Source: an uncultured Verrucomicrobiae bacterium (GTDB lineage Bacteria > Verrucomicrobiota > Verrucomicrobiia > Palsa-1439). Taken from it: a DNA stretch of 64,000 bases. Under the pieces are notes generated by a model. That model made no database searches. It saw only the letters and a program-made list of their open reading frames with translations, and was not told the origin of the DNA. Below are positions 63,783-64,000 of the stretch, in pieces (the first letter of the stretch is position 1; every line of letters begins with the position of its first letter). Where the stretch lies: NCBI GenBank assembly GCA_963812605.1, contig CAWEWF010000006.1:352001-416000 (forward strand). Reading direction: 5' to 3'. A program made the translations under genes and the position numbers.

Positions 63783-64000
63783 ATGGCGACACCAGCATTT
63801 CCCGACATTGCGCGAATCGAATACGAAGGCCCGAAGTCGAAGAATCCGCTCGCCTTCAAGCATTACCATGCGACCGAGAAACTCGACGGCAAAACGCTGC
63901 GTGACCATTTGCGCTTCGCGGTCTGTTACTGGCATACGTTTCGCAACCCATTGAGTGATCCCTTCGGCGTCGGGACAGCGCTTCGCCCGTGGGATGACGG
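63783..64000 (+). CDS. xylA: Xylose isomerase, 5' part (runs off window)
   Basis: Hand translation [28 protein letters not shown]...[13 protein letters not shown]...DPFG. Confidence 0.93.
   Translation, partial: MATPAFPDIARIEYEGPKSKNPLAFKHYHATEKLDGKTLRDHLRFAVCYWHTFRNPLSDPFGVGTALRPWDD

Noticed and set aside
63507-63954. ORF-track calls 63507-63935 (-) and 63604-63954 (+)
   Set aside because: Off-frame and antisense shadows of xylA starting at 63783

Overview
GC-rich bacterial chromosomal segment, most likely Verrucomicrobiota/PVC (inferred from a PEP-CTERM gene, a Verru_Chthon-type pseudopilin cassette, DUF5069, DUF1800/DUF1501 and an HTH-PTS IIA fusion). About 20 genes, including housekeeping hemB, lexA and waaA, carry 1-bp frameshifts that look like assembly indel errors, so several genes below were stitched across frames by eye. 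Layout: (1) 1-4.7 kb, co-oriented small accessory genes separated by attC-like and repeated spacers; (2) 4.9-20 kb, housekeeping genes (recD2, mutarotase, ArfB-like, HI0933 flavoprotein, FHA, hemB, PTS IIA, lexA) with dense GTAG/GTGG palindromic (REP-like) arrays, some inside coding sequences; (3) 20-26.3 kb, BrnT/BrnA pair coupled to a six-gene pseudopilin cassette; (4) tRNA-Glu, mpl, OGG glycosylase, C39-TPR, dciA, ferredoxin, GNAT, stand-alone AIPR, waaA, a 5-PAS hybrid kinase and a secreted CBM-like protein; (5) 44.5-63.6 kb, DUF1800/DUF1501, then a sigma54 operon with a Spy/ZraP-like protein, a type II secretion system whose secretin is split into two separately exported proteins, and a ZraSR-like two-component pair; xylA begins at the right edge. 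Best candidates for something new: the sigma54-controlled split-secretin T2SS, and palindromic elements translated inside enzymes. All family assignments come from motif recognition; no database search was run.
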